Shown here piece after piece: positions 1 to 12,099 of a stretch of DNA of 64,000 nt. Numbering within the stretch: position 1 is the first letter of the stretch; every line of letters starts with the position of its first letter. The notes beneath the pieces are model-generated. The model was not told the origin of the DNA, made no database searches, and was given only the letters and a program-made list of their open reading frames with translations. The translations under genes were made by a program, and so were the position numbers. The DNA is from Chiloscyllium plagiosum (Eukaryota), in NCBI RefSeq assembly GCF_004010195.1, contig NC_057749.1:25149248-25213247 (forward strand). The letters are read 5' to 3'.

Positions 1-419
1 CTGCAATTGCTTTGCGTTTGTTCATTCTGAAGGTTATTTGCGTTTGGATTCGGATGATGTTGGCAGACTTTGAAGGGACGCTGCTGTCTAGTTCAATCCC
101 CTGCTCATCCAATCATTTGAGCCATCAGCTGTTGATTGTAATGGAGGCATTAGGTTTATATGCAACCCTCTGAGAAGCAGAACTCCCGATCTGTGCCACG
201 TAAAGGACCAAAGGGCATGCATTTTAGAAAGTTCCTTTTGTGGTTTCTGAATGGCCACGTTCAGAGCTTTGGGACAATGAAACACTTGGTGCAGCTTTGA
301 GTCACTATGTCATGTAAGAAACATGGTTCACCTGTGCACTCTACATTCTCCACCCCCCCCCCCCCAGGCAATATGACAATAACTGCATTAGTCTTTATTG
401 TGACATGGGGTAGGTCCCC

Positions 420-910
420 TCAGCTGGAGCTCATCTGCTCCAAACACACTCTTGTTTCTTGTTCTTAAAATTCTTTTGTTTTGGTTTTCCTCCGTTTTTA
501 ACCTGGCAGCAGCAGTGGTGACGGCAGTAGCTACGCGTCTTGGTAGTTGGTCCCAAGGTGGTCGCTGTGACCAGGTGAAACTCTGATACTCGGTGGCAGT
601 GTGGGTGTGGTGCCAGAGTGGGACAGTGGCAGCCTGTGGTGGGGACAGCTGGTGAACCGTGGAGGGAGTCAGTGACAGGAAGGCCTAGGGATTGTGAGAC
701 TGAGCCCAGCGCGCAGGGAGTGAATTGAGCCCAGTGCGGGGAGACTTTTATTTCTTATTTACTACTTTATGCTGACAACTGTAACATTGAACTTCTGACT
801 TATTTCTTAATTTCTCTACTTCCTTTACCTAAGATTTTGTACCTTTACCTAAGATGGCAACATTGTAAGCTTTCTGCTGCTGTATCCCTGTACTTGAGTA
901 GACAAATCTA
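420..910 (+). mobile_element. Unclassified non-autonomous retroposon: pyrimidine-rich head, GC-rich core, Rex-like 3' tail
   Basis: Architecture resembles 7665-8440. Internal repeat TGAGCCCAG occurs twice, and the end AAGCTTTCTGCTG...GACAAATC loosely resembles Rex/Babar tails in this window. Confidence 0.35.
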
Positions 911-979
911 GTATAGACTGATCATGTCACCTGATAGCTACCCTGCTTTAATTCAGAGTGTCAGTAATCTGTTACTGGG

Positions 980-1080
980 GATTGCTTAGATCAGATGGCT
1001 GGTTTACACTGCAGCGTGATGGTAACAGCATTGGTCCACTTCCTGCACCAGCTGAGGTTATCATGAAGGACTCCGCTTCT
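980..1080 (+). mobile_element. tRNA-derived SINE fragment (non-HE1 family)
   Basis: GATGGCTGGTTT...TTCCTGCACCAGCTGAGGTTA; related copies on the minus strand at about 17840-18060 and 60155-60240. Confidence 0.55.
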
Positions 1081-1170
1081 CTCACGCTCTCTCGCACACA
1101 CACGCTCTCGCTCTCACACTCACACACACACACACGCGCTCTCTCTCAAACACACGCTCTCCCTCTCTCC
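1080..1170. repeat. (CT)n/(CA)n compound microsatellite
   Basis: Direct reading. Confidence 0.9.
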
Positions 1171-1171
1171 C

Positions 1172-1376
1172 TCATGCCGGTGTTGGGCTGGGGTGTATAA
1201 AGTTAAAAGTCGCACGACACCAGGTTATAGTCCAACAGGCTTATTTGGAAACAGTAGCTTTCAGTGCGCTGCTCCTTCGTTAGGTGGTTGTCACCTGATG
1301 AAGAAGCAGCACTCTGAAAGTTAGTGCTTTCAAATAAACCTGTTGGACTATAACCTGCTGTTATATTTTAAACTTT
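1172..1376. mobile_element. PLE terminus (family B) as a fold-back inverted repeat with degenerate hammerhead motifs
   Basis: CAGGTTATAGTCCAACAGG...AGGTG mirrors CACCTGATGAAG...CCTGTTGGACTATAACCTG; CTGATGA at 1295-1301. Confidence 0.8.
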
Positions 1377-1556
1377 GATCTCTCTCTGAAGATAGAGAAG
1401 CCCTATGGTCAGGTGTGACTTTACACTTAAGTTTCATTCCTGACGGAGTAATATTCCACTCCAGTGCTGAGGGTATGTCAGTCTTGGAGTTTCATTTGGT
1501 TCTGGAATGGGATTTGAACCCAAAGCCTTGTGACTCTGCAAAATCAGAATGGAGGT

Positions 1557-1750
1557 GAAAGTGAGGACTGCAGATATTGGAGATCAGAGTCCAGATTAGA
1601 GTGGTCCTGGAAAAGCACAGCAGGTCAGGCAGTATCCGAGGAGCAGGAGAATCGATATTTTGGGCATAAGCCTGATGAAGGGCTTTTGCCTGAAACGTCA
1701 ATTTTCCTGCTCCTCTGATACTGCCTGACCTGCTGTAGCTTTCCAAAACC
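1557..1750. mobile_element. PLE terminus (family A), fold-back, with hammerhead motif at 1672-1699
   Basis: CTGATGA-A-GGGC-TTTT-GCCT-GAAA-CGTC; arms CAGCAGGTCAGGCAG / CTGCCTGACCTGCTG. Confidence 0.85.
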
Positions 1751-2095
1751 GGAATGGAACCTTGTTTGATCGGTGCAACAATGATACCCCCTTCGTCTCC
1801 ATTACGTATCTTCCAATGATTTGGAAATATTATGTTTGTTTTAAAACTTATAAAGCATGCTTTTTGATTCTGTCGACAAACCTCACAAAGCCGCTGGAAA
1901 TGTCCCATCGTTGTTTGGCCTCACTTTTTTGCGTAATTCCAATTATTTTCCTCACCCCTGACCTCTTTAGATCTCTGCCCACTAAAGTTTGAACCAAAAG
2001 TTTAGACCAGGCTTGACCAAGTAATCCCGAAGAATTTTTGACTAACCTTTTAAACGAATGCCAGTGAAAATGAATGTGGTCATGTCATAATGGTG

Positions 2096-2414
2096 GGGCG
2101 GCACGGTGGCACAGTGGTTAGCACTGCTGCCTCACAGCGCCAGAGACCTGGGTTCAATTCCCGCCTCAGACGACTGACTGTGTGGAGTTTGCACGTTCTC
2201 CCCGTGTCCGCGTGGGTTTCCTCCGGGTGCTCCGGTTTCCTGCCACCATCCAAAGATGTGCAGGTCAGGTGAATTGGCCATACTAAATTGCCCGTAGCGT
2301 TAGGTAAGGGGTAAATGTAGGGGTATGGGTGGGTTTCGCTTCGGCGGGTCGGTGTGGACTTGTTGGGCCGAAGGGCCTGTTTCCACACTGTAATCTAATC
2401 TAAATCTAAATCTA
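2096..2414 (+). mobile_element. HE1-type SINE, full length
   Basis: tRNA-like head with A box (TGGCACAGTGG) and B box (GGTTCAATTCC), central conserved domain, (TAATC/TAAATC)n tail. Confidence 0.9.
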
Positions 2415-2844
2415 TAACGTGATGTTAAGTTCATTCCATGTTTTGCTGCTGTTTGATCAGTGTGCATCACAAATGGTTGCCCTCCCATAGAACTAGGTCC
2501 TAAACCACTGTATAATCAAATTAAGTAAGTAATTAAAGTTTTTGCTAAGTATTTTTAAACTGAAATACAAGGTGCCGTTCCAATAGGAACCTCTTCCTGC
2601 ACATAAATTTATATTCTACTTTGTAGGCAAATCTTGAAGGCTGTTTATTGGATGGTTGTTAGATGACATAATCTCTATTCTCAAAATTATTTTTGGTTAA
2701 GTTTTTTGTTAATTTGTGTTGGGGTAGGAACCCTGCAAAATAACTTGCAGCGTCTTTAACGTAGTAAGAGTGAAGACACTTTGCAGGAGCATTATCGGAG
2801 AAAGTAGTTAGTGAGCCAGGTCAGGGACTGTGCCGTTGCATGAG

Positions 2845-2995
2845 GGGTGGCTCAGTGGTTAGCACTGCTGCCTCTCGCAGCACCAGGGACCCAGGTTCAA
2901 TTCCACCCTCGGGTGATTGTCTGTGTGGAGTTTGTATGTTCTCCCTGTGTCTGCGTGGGTATAGCTCATTGCAGTCCAAAGAATATGCAGATTAC
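2845..2995 (+). mobile_element. HE1-type SINE, 5' part
   Basis: GGTGGCTCAGTGGTTAGCACTGCTGCCTC head. Confidence 0.8.
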
Positions 2996-3800
2996 ATAGA
3001 TAGATAGAAGATTGGAGGAGGCCATTTGACCCTTTGAGCCTGCTGTGTAGTTCATCGCCATCATGGTTGGTCATCCAACTCAATAGCCTAATCCCCCTTT
3101 CTCCCCATAACCTTTGATCCCATTCACCCCAAGTGCGAGATCTAGCTGTCTTTTGAATACCTTCAATGTTTTGGCATCAACTACTTCCTGTGATAAGGAA
3201 TTCCACAGGCTTTCGTCTGTTGGGTGAAGAAATGTCTCCCCATCTCAGTCCTAAATGGTCCATCCCAAATCCTCAGACTGTGACCCCTGGTTCTGGACAC
3301 ACCCACCATCGGGAACATCCTCCTTGCATCTACCCTGTCTCGTCCGGTTAGAATTTTAGAATGCTCCAAGAGCCCCTCATTTGTCTGAACTCCAGAGAAA
3401 ACCATCCTAACCCGGTCAATCTCTCCTCATACTAGGAGAAAGTGAGGACTGCAGATGCTGGAGATCATTCAAAAAGGTCAGGTCTATTGGCCATGCTAAA
3501 TTGCCTATAGTGTTAGGTGCATTAGTCAGAGGGAATTGGTCTGGGTGGGTTACTCTTTGGAGGGTCTGTTTCCGCACTGTAGGGAATCTAACAAAAAAAA
3601 ACTCTTGAGCTCTCCTACTCCTCTGTTTCCTGACTGGCTGGCTGTGCTTTTCCAAGACCACACTTTTTGAATCTCTCCTCATCCGTCAGTCCCGCCATCC
3701 CCAGAATCAGCCTGGGTAAACCCTTGCTGCTCTCCCTCGAGAGCAACAGTACCCTTCCTCAGAAAAGGAGACTGAAACTGCTCACAGTATTCTTGGTGGG
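2996..3800 (-). mobile_element. CR1 LINE 3' fragment interrupted by a PLE terminus (3431-3669) that itself holds an HE1 piece
   Basis: Minus ORF 3181-3405 (DRVDARRMFPMVGVSRTRGHSL) is a CR1 ORF2 C-terminus; TSD AATCTCTCCTCAT at 3418-3430 and 3670-3682. Confidence 0.85.
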
Positions 3801-4009
3801 TTAACCATGGGAACTGCAGGGTTACAGGGATTGGGTAGGGGGCGGGAAGTGGTTGGCAAACTCTTTGGAAGGTCAGTACGTGAATAGGGAAGGTTTGGAG
3901 GGATATGAGCCAGGGGCAGGCAGGTGGGACTAGTTTGTTCTGGGATTGTGGTCATCGTGGATTGGTTGAACCAAAGGGTATGTTTCCCTGCTGTATGACT
4001 GACTCTAAT

Positions 4010-4545
4010 TCTTTAACTGTTTCAGTTCTGTTGTTATGAAAGAAGCCTGATTGCAGTTATTTGGATGTGGTGTTCCTGGGGACAAAAAAAAGGAATGGAT
4101 TTGAAAGGTGACATCATTCTTTAGAATTTTAGAAGGGGTCAAGGGCAAAGGGGCTGCTTAGTCTCTGCGGTGGGGCAGAGGGGCATTTTCTTTAGGACAG
4201 TTTGTTGGCAGTGGATTTTGAGGGACAATGTCTGAAGAAGGTGGTTAACATGGGGGACAAGAGAGGACGTCAGGAGATCAGTTTAAGCAAATCGGATCGA
4301 GGGAACTGCAGTGAATTTTGTGGATAGGGGGAGAGAAACCTGGAAGTGATGCAGGATGGGAGCATTAGTGGAGGAGAGGTAAGATTCAATGGCCTTGATG
4401 TTTGTAACCATGATGTTGTGGTGACTGGGATGGAGAGATGAGGGAGAGGGGTTTAAGGAGATAGTGGAGGAGAGAGGTGAGGAGTTGTATTTGGCTTCCA
4501 GAGCAATCCAAAACTCTGGCCCCACTTACCATTCTGTACATTAGC
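4010..4545 (-). mobile_element. Old LINE internal fragment, probably L2
   Basis: Purine-rich plus strand typical of antisense L2 ORF2; highly decayed. Confidence 0.35.
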
Positions 4546-4958
4546 CTGACCCAGCTGAAATCCAAGCCGCAGACTCAACAGATATGGAGCGAGAGGCCAT
4601 TTGGTCCAACAAGCCTGTGCTGGTTCCCTATAGAGCCATCCATTCAATGTCAATGTAAGATCCTGAGAAGCCTCGACAGGGTCGATGTGGAGAGGGTGTT
4701 TCTGTTTGTGAGGAGATCTAGACCAGGGGTGGGGAGGAGTCACTTTGGGGGAAAGCAATAGGGGGTCACCCATTGAAATAAGGTTTGTTTGTTTTTGTTT
4801 TTGTTTTTCATTGTAAAGTGTCATGAGTTTGGAACCCTCAGATGGTTTTGGAAACAGCCTTTGAATATTTGAAAGGCAGAGTAGCAAGTTCCTTGACAAA
4901 TAAGGGGTGGGGTGAAAGGTTATTAGGTGGGATTGTGGAGTAAATCAAGTCAACCATG

Positions 4959-5311
4959 AGGGCAGCACTGTGACTCAGTGGCTAACATTGCTGCCTCACA
5001 GCGCCAGGGACTCAGGTTCGATTCCAGGCTCGGGTGACTGTCTGTGTGGAGTTTGCATATTCTCCCCGTGTCTGCATGAGTTTCCTTTTAGGTGCTCCGG
5101 TTTCCTCCCACCAGTCCAAAGATGTGCAGTTTAGGTGAATTGGCCATGTTAAGTTACCCGTAGTGTCCGGAGATGCCTAGGTTAGGCGCATTAGTCAGGG
5201 GAAATGTAAAGTAATAATAGGGTAGGGGAATGGTCTGGATGGAATACCCTTCAGAGGATCGGTGTGGACTTGTTGGGCCGAATGACCTGTTTCCATACTA
5301 TAGGGATTCTC
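4959..5311 (+). mobile_element. HE1-type SINE
   Basis: A/B boxes (GGTTCGATTCC), central domain, TAGGGATTCT tail. Confidence 0.9.
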
Positions 5312-6214
5312 TGATTGTATTATTGATGAGCTGATTGGCCAACTCCTAAGTTGCACACTTTCATGTCCCCATGACCCTGTAAGTTTACCATCTCCTGGCT
5401 CTATCCAAGCAGTTCTAAATCGTTCATGACCGCCTCAATATTGAAACTTAATGTGACCCAGTTAATGAATTCCTCGGCTCTGCAATACAGTCTGTGACCG
5501 ACTTCCCCCACCCCCCACCAGGGCCTAGAGTTGGAGTTTGGTAGCAGTCATTGCTGCTGAGGTTCAGGAGCAGATGTACAGATGCTCCCTGACCCTCTGT
5601 GTTCACCCTCCCCAACTTCCCCTGTCCGTGATCTGCTCCCTCTCCTATTTACTCTTCCAACTGCTCCTCCCATCACAGGTTGTTTCTTTCCTGCCCCTCT
5701 CAGCCGGAAACATTGCCTCCCCTACTCACCAATGTTTCCTCCATATTTAATTTGTCAGATCTATTTTGGGAGCTATTGAGATTGACTTTGTCCAGTGCCC
5801 CATCTCTCTGGAGCACTGGTCAATGACCTTGAGGGGATGGAGACCCGTTGGAGACGCCATAATTACAAGGCCTGGAAAAAGGATCCATTTGAAGCTGGAG
5901 CCATTTCAGAATCTCCTTGCTCTGTGCCACGTTTTCTGTTCGTTGATCTCCTGCTCCCCATTGGCGGAGGTTGGAAAAACTCTGAACATGAAATGTTTTG
6001 AGGTCTGCAGCTTCGTCCACTAGGCTGCATTCCTTCCCCGAGTTTTTACCCTCCCCTGCCAAGGTGAACGTGTTCCTGGTGAATTTGCGGCCTAATCATG
6101 GGCAGTCATCACTTTTTCCCTTGATGGAAGGCAGGAAGATTGGTCAGGTTGTATCCGACTCACTTCCACCATGGTCACAGCTCCAGGTGGCTTGGAGAAA
6201 ATGTGGCCAGAGTC

Positions 6215-6845
6215 CTACAACATGGAAACAGGCCCTTCGGCCCAACCTGATGCTGACTGTAATCCCAAACTAAGCTTGTCCTAACTGCCTGCTCCTGGCC
6301 CATATCCCTCCAAACCTTTCCTATTCATGTACTTATCAAAATGTCTTTTAAACATGATAACTGTACCTGCATCCACCACTCCCTCTGGACGTTCATTCCA
6401 CTGGTGAACCAGTTCCGGTATAAAAAACGTTTGACCCTCATGTCCTTTTTAAAACTCTCACCTCTTGCCTTAAAAATATGCCCCCTTGTCTTGAAGCCCT
6501 CATTCTAAGGAAAAGACATCCTCTCTATAACCCCTTCTGATTTTATCAACCTCTAAAAGGTCACCTCTCATACTCCTACGCTCCAGTGCAAAGTGTCCCA
6601 GTCTGTCTTTATAACTCAAACCTTTCATACCTGGTAACATCCTGGTAAATCTCTTCTGACCCTCTTCTAGTTTAATAACATCCTTCCTTTTAACAGGGTG
6701 GCACAGTTCTCACCAATGTCCTGTTCAACGTCAACACGATGTCCCAACTCCTGTACCTAAATGACTGAGCAATGAAGGTTTGCGTGCTAAACAGCTGTTT
6801 AGTAACCCTGTCTACGTGGGACGCAAATTTCAAAGCATTACGTCT
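6215..6845 (-). mobile_element. HER1/CR1 LINE 3' fragment
   Basis: Minus-strand peptide WDIVLTLNRTLVR; tail GGAAACAGGCCCTTCGGCCCAAC shared with HE1. Confidence 0.85.
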
Positions 6846-7244
6846 GAAGGGCCAATTGTTGAATTGATTTAGCACAATTTCTTTAGAATCATTCTTTGTC
6901 TGTTCTCAGGAATGCTGACTTTGGTCTCATGTGCTTTAGGATCAAGCGGCCCATTGAGAATGGCCTGTCATCCGATGAGAGTATGGCTGATCTGATCATC
7001 CTCAGCTCCACTTTCCAAGCTTTTCCCAGTAACTTTTGATTCCATTATTGTTTAAAAATCTATCCATGTGAATATACTCAACCCCAGCTGCAGTAGCTAT
7101 CCAATGTAAAGTAGAGAAGCAATTCCTCCACATCTCTGTATTAAATGGACAACTACTTATTCAGAGATCCTCTAGTCGTACACTCTCCCACAAGGGGAAA
7201 CGACCTTTCCACATTTTACCCTGTCAGGTCATTTTTTTTTTTAG

Positions 7245-7545
7245 AATCATAGAATCCCTACTGTGTGGAAACAGCCCATTTGGCCCAACAAGTCTACAGT
7301 GACCCTCCAAGAGTAACCCTCCCAGACCCATTCCCCTAGCCTACATTTTCCCCTGACTAAGGCATCTAACCTACACATCCCTGAACACTGTGAGGCAATT
7401 TAGCATCTTTGGATTGTGGGAGGAATCCCACACAGAAATGGGGAAAACATGCAAACTCCACGCAGACACTCACCCGAGGCTGGAATCGAACACTGGTTCC
7501 TGGCGCTGTGAGGCAGCAGTGCTAACCACTGAGCTACTGTGCCGC
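7245..7545 (-). mobile_element. HE1-type SINE inserted in a CR1 fragment (about 6940-7610)
   Basis: Reverse-complement head GCTGTGAGGCAGCAGTGCTAACCACTGAGC. Confidence 0.85.
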
Positions 7546-7664
7546 TCTTTTTATGGTTCTGTTTTTCAGTAAGTTTGCCCCTCATTCTTCTAAATACAGG
7601 CCCAACCTACAGCACTTTTTAATGTAGTAAACCACGCCAGGATGCTTAACAGGGTCAGGCTCTG

Positions 7665-8440
7665 TCCAAGATGGTGGCAGAGTCAGGCGCCAGTGCCGGA
7701 CCTCATCAGCTCTGACCTCTTTTTTTTTCTCTTTTATTCTCTTTTTTTTTTTGCTCACTTACCTCGTCCTGAGGTTGGATGGCAACGAGAGCCCGGTGCG
7801 CAGAACCCAGGGCACGGACCTCGAGCGAGCCCCTGCTTACTATTCCAGGACAAGGAATTGGCGGCTGTTATGTGAGCACAGGCGCGGTAGGCCCAGTGGC
7901 AAAAGATGGCAGCTGAGGATCAGAGGCTTTGATTGTCGTCGGTGATAACGTAGGTGTCACTGCCGGTGACGAGCTGCCTTGAGACACATGGACTCTCTTC
8001 AAGCCTTTTCTCCCCCCCTAGAATCCATACAATGTGTAAACAGGCCCTTCAGCCCAACAGGTTCAGGCCAATTCCCCCCAAAAAGTTACCAATCCCCCCT
8101 ACCTTATCCTACATTTTCCCCCTGACTAATGCATCTAACCTACACATCCCTGAACACCATGGCAATTTAGCTTGGCCAATCCACCTAACCCCCACACCTT
8201 TGGACTGTGGGAGGAAACTCACACAGACACGGGGAGAATGTGCAAATGCCGCACAGACAGTTGCCCGAGGCTGGAATCGAACCCGGGTCCCTGGCATTGT
8301 GAGGCAGCAGTGCTAGCCACTGTGCCACCCCATTATTCTTAAATTATTCAAAGTGGTGCTGTAAAGTAGTGACAAATGAAAGCTTTTCACTGTATTTTAT
8401 TGCATTCTTACCATGAATTAGCTGTGACAAAATCAATAAG
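7665..8440 (+). mobile_element. Unclassified retroposon with CAAGATGG start and Rex-like tail, interrupted by HE1 (8020-8330, minus)
   Basis: Tail AAGCTTTTCACTGTA...TGTGACAAAATCAAT resembles Rex/Babar 3' ends at about 40840 and 45800. Confidence 0.45.
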
Positions 8441-8604
8441 AATGAATTTAGATCAATCACAGGAGCACCCATAAGTTGCAGTTATTATCAAACCGTATAT
8501 TTCAGGTGAGTGGTAGGATGCTTCTTAAAATGTAAATATGAGCAGAGGTTTATCCAGGCCATTCCAGACCCTCAGGCGGAAAACCGGAATAGCTGGAGAA
8601 ATTC

Positions 8605-10140
8605 CGACGTAGACAGGCAGGAAGAACACAGCAAGCCAGGCAGCAGCAGGAGGTGGAGAAGTCGACATTTCAGGTGTAACCCTTCTTCAGGGGTGGGGGT
8701 GAGGGGAGCTGCAGATAAAGGGAGGTTGGAGTGGTGAGGTAGGGATAGGTGAAGAAAGGTAGCGGGCACGGCCTGGTTGGTCGATGTGGGGAATGAATCC
8801 GGTTGGTAGCTGGGAGGAAGGGTCGATCAGAGGAATGGAAGGGAGGGGGTGGGAAGGGAGGTTATTTGAAATTGGAGAACTCAGTGGTGAGTCCTCCAGG
8901 CTGTAGGCTGCCCAGGCAGAAGATGAGGTGTTGTTCCTCCAATTTGCAGTGTGGTTCGTTGCGTCAATGGAGGAGGCCAAAGATGGTCATGTCGGAAAGG
9001 GAGTGGGAAGGGAATTAAAATGGACGGTGACTGGGAGATCTGGTCAGCCCCTGTGGGCCCGGCTGAGATGCTCGGTGAGCCATTTCCTAAGTTTAGGTTT
9101 GGTCTCCCCGATGTGTAGAAGACCACATCAAGAGCACCTGATACAGTAAACTAGGTTGGAGGAGAAAGTGAGCACTGCAGATACTGGAGATCAGAGTCAA
9201 GATTAGAGTGGTGCTGGAAAAACACAGCAGGTCAGGCAGCATCCGAGGAGCAGGGAAATTGACGTTTTGGGAAGGAGCCCTTCATCATGAATGAGGCTGG
9301 GAGCCTCCAGCGTGGAGAGATTAATGGGAGGTGGGTGGGGCTGGGGAGAAGGTAGCTAAGAGTGTAATAGGTGGATGGGAGGTCCAGGAGGGGGAGGGAG
9401 GTGTCAGAGATGGTCCAGTTAAATTTAAGGTCAGGGTGGAATGTGTTGGTGAAGTTGATGAATTGCTCAACCTCCTCGCGGGAGCACGAGGTGGCGCCAA
9501 TGCAGTCATCAATGTAGCGGAGGAAGAGGTGGAGAGTGGTGCCGGTGTAATTACGGAAGATCAACTGCTCTACGTAGCCAACAAATAGACAGACATAGCT
9601 GGGGCCCATATGGGTGCCCACGGCTACCCCTTTGGTCTGGAGGAAGTGGGTGGATTCAAAGGAGAAATTGTTAAGGGTGAGGACCAGTTCGGCCAAACGA
9701 ATGAGAGTGTCGGTGGAAGGGTACTGTTGGGGACGTCTGGAGAGGAAAAAACGGAAGGCATGGAGGCCCTGGTCATGGCGGATGGAGGTGTAGAGGGATT
9801 GGATATCCATGGTGAAGGTGAGGTATTGGGTGCTTTTCCAGCACCATTCTAATCTAGGTTGGAGGAGAGACAGGTGAACTTCTGTCTCACCTGCAAGGAC
9901 TGTTTGGGGCCCTGGATGGAGGTGAGGGGGTTGGTGTACGGGCAGTTTTGCATCTTTTCCGGTTGCGGGGGAAGGTACCTGGGTGTTCAGGAGTGGGGGG
10001 GTGGGACGTAATCGGTGGGGAGAGTGGTGCAAGCCAAGGACTGTTGAAGGGAAAGGCCCTTGTGGAAGGCAGAGAGGGGTGGGGAGGGGATGACGTTCTT
10101 GGCGGTTGGGTGTAGTCGGAGTTGGCAGAAGTGTTTAAGG
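8605..10140 (-). mobile_element. Neptune-type Penelope-like element, 3' part (Cys-rich linker, GIY-YIG endonuclease, 3' UTR), decayed
   Basis: Minus-strand translation gives a Cys-rich linker ...QKFTCLSSNLVYCIRCS*CGLLHIGETK...EHL...KLEEQHLIFCLGSLQPGGL; hammerhead-like CTGAAGA...GAAATGTC at 8690-8664. Confidence 0.9.
9161..9853 (-). mobile_element. Nested internally deleted Penelope-like element with RT core
   Basis: ORF 9232-10032 contains TMDIQSLYTSI...QTKGVAVGTHMGPSY...FLRYIDD (PLE RT motifs); TSD CTAGGTTGGAGGAGA at 9151-9165 and 9854-9868. Confidence 0.92.
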
Positions 10141-11079
10141 ATCTGTGGAGAGAGAAATGGACTTACCATTTCGAGTTTTGGCATGACCTCTTTCAACCCA
10201 AGATCCAGGCAACAAAAGGCATTCTGGGAAGGGGCAGTGAAAATTCTGGATGCTGCAGAGAGTTGTAGAGCTGCAGGAGATAAGCAGTGGGTTGAAGGGA
10301 TTTAAAATTAAGGCTGATACCTTTACAAATCAGGGAGCTGGGAGCTGTTGGAGCTCAGTGAGCATAGTGCTGACCGATTGAACCAAGTCAGGCTGTGGGT
10401 AAAAGTTTGAATGGTCTCATATTGACAGAGGGCGGAAAACGAACAAGTCTCTGTCTTCATTTGTAACATTAGAAGCCCAAATGCCTTTTTCCTGGTTTTA
10501 TCAGCTTGTCTTTCAGCTTTTAATGGTTTCTGTAACACCTCAGGAAACAGCAACTGCCTGTAACCCTGTACAGATGTTTCTTGAAAGCAGCTTCATGTAA
10601 GCTGTAATATAAATGAACAAACAGAGTGTGAGAGTCCTCCCACCAGTTATTTTAGTGGAGACATGAATCTGTTTTCTTTTAACCGGGATTGCAATTCTGC
10701 AAAAGGACAGACGGAGCTGAGGAATGCTGGCTGTGGATGTTAGTCTTCATTCTGTCAATGTTGTGAGGCTACGTTGTGTGTCTAGTGCTTAATACCTAAG
10801 TAGTGACAGTAGATGACTGAAATGATTTTATAATTAAAAACTTCAGAAACTCATAGCCAAGCGCCAAGCAGCTGGGGCTGAAGAAAACAGTCTTAACTCA
10901 TTCATAAACTCAGTTGCTGATTACTCTCTCTGCCTGTGCAAGCTTCCACAGTGAAGGATAAAATCTGTGCTGGCACTCTGATGTGGTACTGCAGGACAGA
11001 GGCCTGCGTTGTCTGAGGTGTTAAAACAGGGCCCTCTGTATCCATATGGCAAAGAAAAACTAATTGTTTCTTCCAGTTC

Positions 11080-11452
11080 ATAGAGTCCCTACAGTGTGGA
11101 AGTAGGCTATTTGGCCCATCGAGTCCACATCAGCTCTCCAAAGAGCATCCCACCCAGTCCCGATAACCCTGCATTTCCTAAGGCTAGCCCACCTAGCCTG
11201 CACATCCTCGGATACTGTACGGCAATTTAGCATAGCCAGTCCACCTAACCTGCACATCCCTGGATACTGTACAGCAATTTAGCATAGCCAATCCACCTAG
11301 CCTGCACATCTTTGGGAGGACACGCAGGGGAAACCCACGCAGACACTGGGAGAATATGCAAACTCCACACAGACAGTCACCCGAGGCTGGATTTGAACCT
11401 GTGTCCCTTGCACTGTGAGGCCACAGTGCTGACTTTTGGGCTATTGTGTCAC
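11080..11452 (-). mobile_element. HE1-type SINE with three internal ~51-bp tandem units
   Basis: CCACCTA[AG]CCTGCACATC occurs three times between about 11189 and 11310. Confidence 0.85.
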
Positions 11453-11849
11453 CTAATGTTTTCTGGCTAATACTCACACTTCAACCAACATGATATAGAC
11501 AGCTTCTCTGGCCATATTTTCCTATCCAGCTTGGGCTGCTACATTCCTGATGACGGGCCTATGCTTTCAGGATCTTCTCAAAGAAGGAAAATGAGGTGGA
11601 GAGGTTTAAGAAGGGGGTTTCTGAAGGGGGCAATTCCATCACCCTTCTCAGATCTGTCCCACTTAAAGCTCTGTACTGAATTTGGTGGAGATGCTCTGCT
11701 TGGGAAACAAAAGACCGCAGAGCTTGGCTGGAGCCTTGGAGTAGGCCCAAGAGAGACATGTTGGCCTGGAAACATGATGGTGTGGTAAAGGGCCAAGCAA
11801 CTGGATGCTCAGGGCTTTTTTTTAATGGATACTTCAAGTACGAAGACAG

Positions 11850-12060
11850 TCACCCCGGCCTGTGTGTCGTCTCCTCAGTGTAGAGGACACCAGCTTGTGA
11901 GCAGCAAATGTAGTAGATTGGATTGAGTGAGGTGCAGATAACCTGCTGCTTCACCTGGAAGCTGTGTCTGGGGCTTTGGATAGTGAAGGAAGGCGGATGT
12001 AAACAGGCAGGTATTACATTGTCTGCGTTTGCGTGGGAAGGCGCTGTAGGGGTGTGGGAT
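11850..12060 (-). mobile_element. PLE GIY-YIG fragment
   Basis: ORF 11850-12170: FQVKQQVICTSLNPIYYICCSQAGVLYTEET. Confidence 0.8.
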
Positions 12061-12099
12061 GTGTTGGGGTTTGCAATATCTGCTTCTGTAGACATATTA

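Noticed and set aside
2096..2170. tRNA gene
   Set aside because: A/B boxes belong to the HE1 SINE head and continue into the SINE body; the same holds for the other copies.
5720..6190. Overlapping short ORFs
   Set aside because: No recognisable domain; probably decayed LINE sequence.
9232..10032. 266-aa ORF as a functional gene
   Set aside because: Chimera of nested PLE pieces; only the middle is RT and it lacks both ends.
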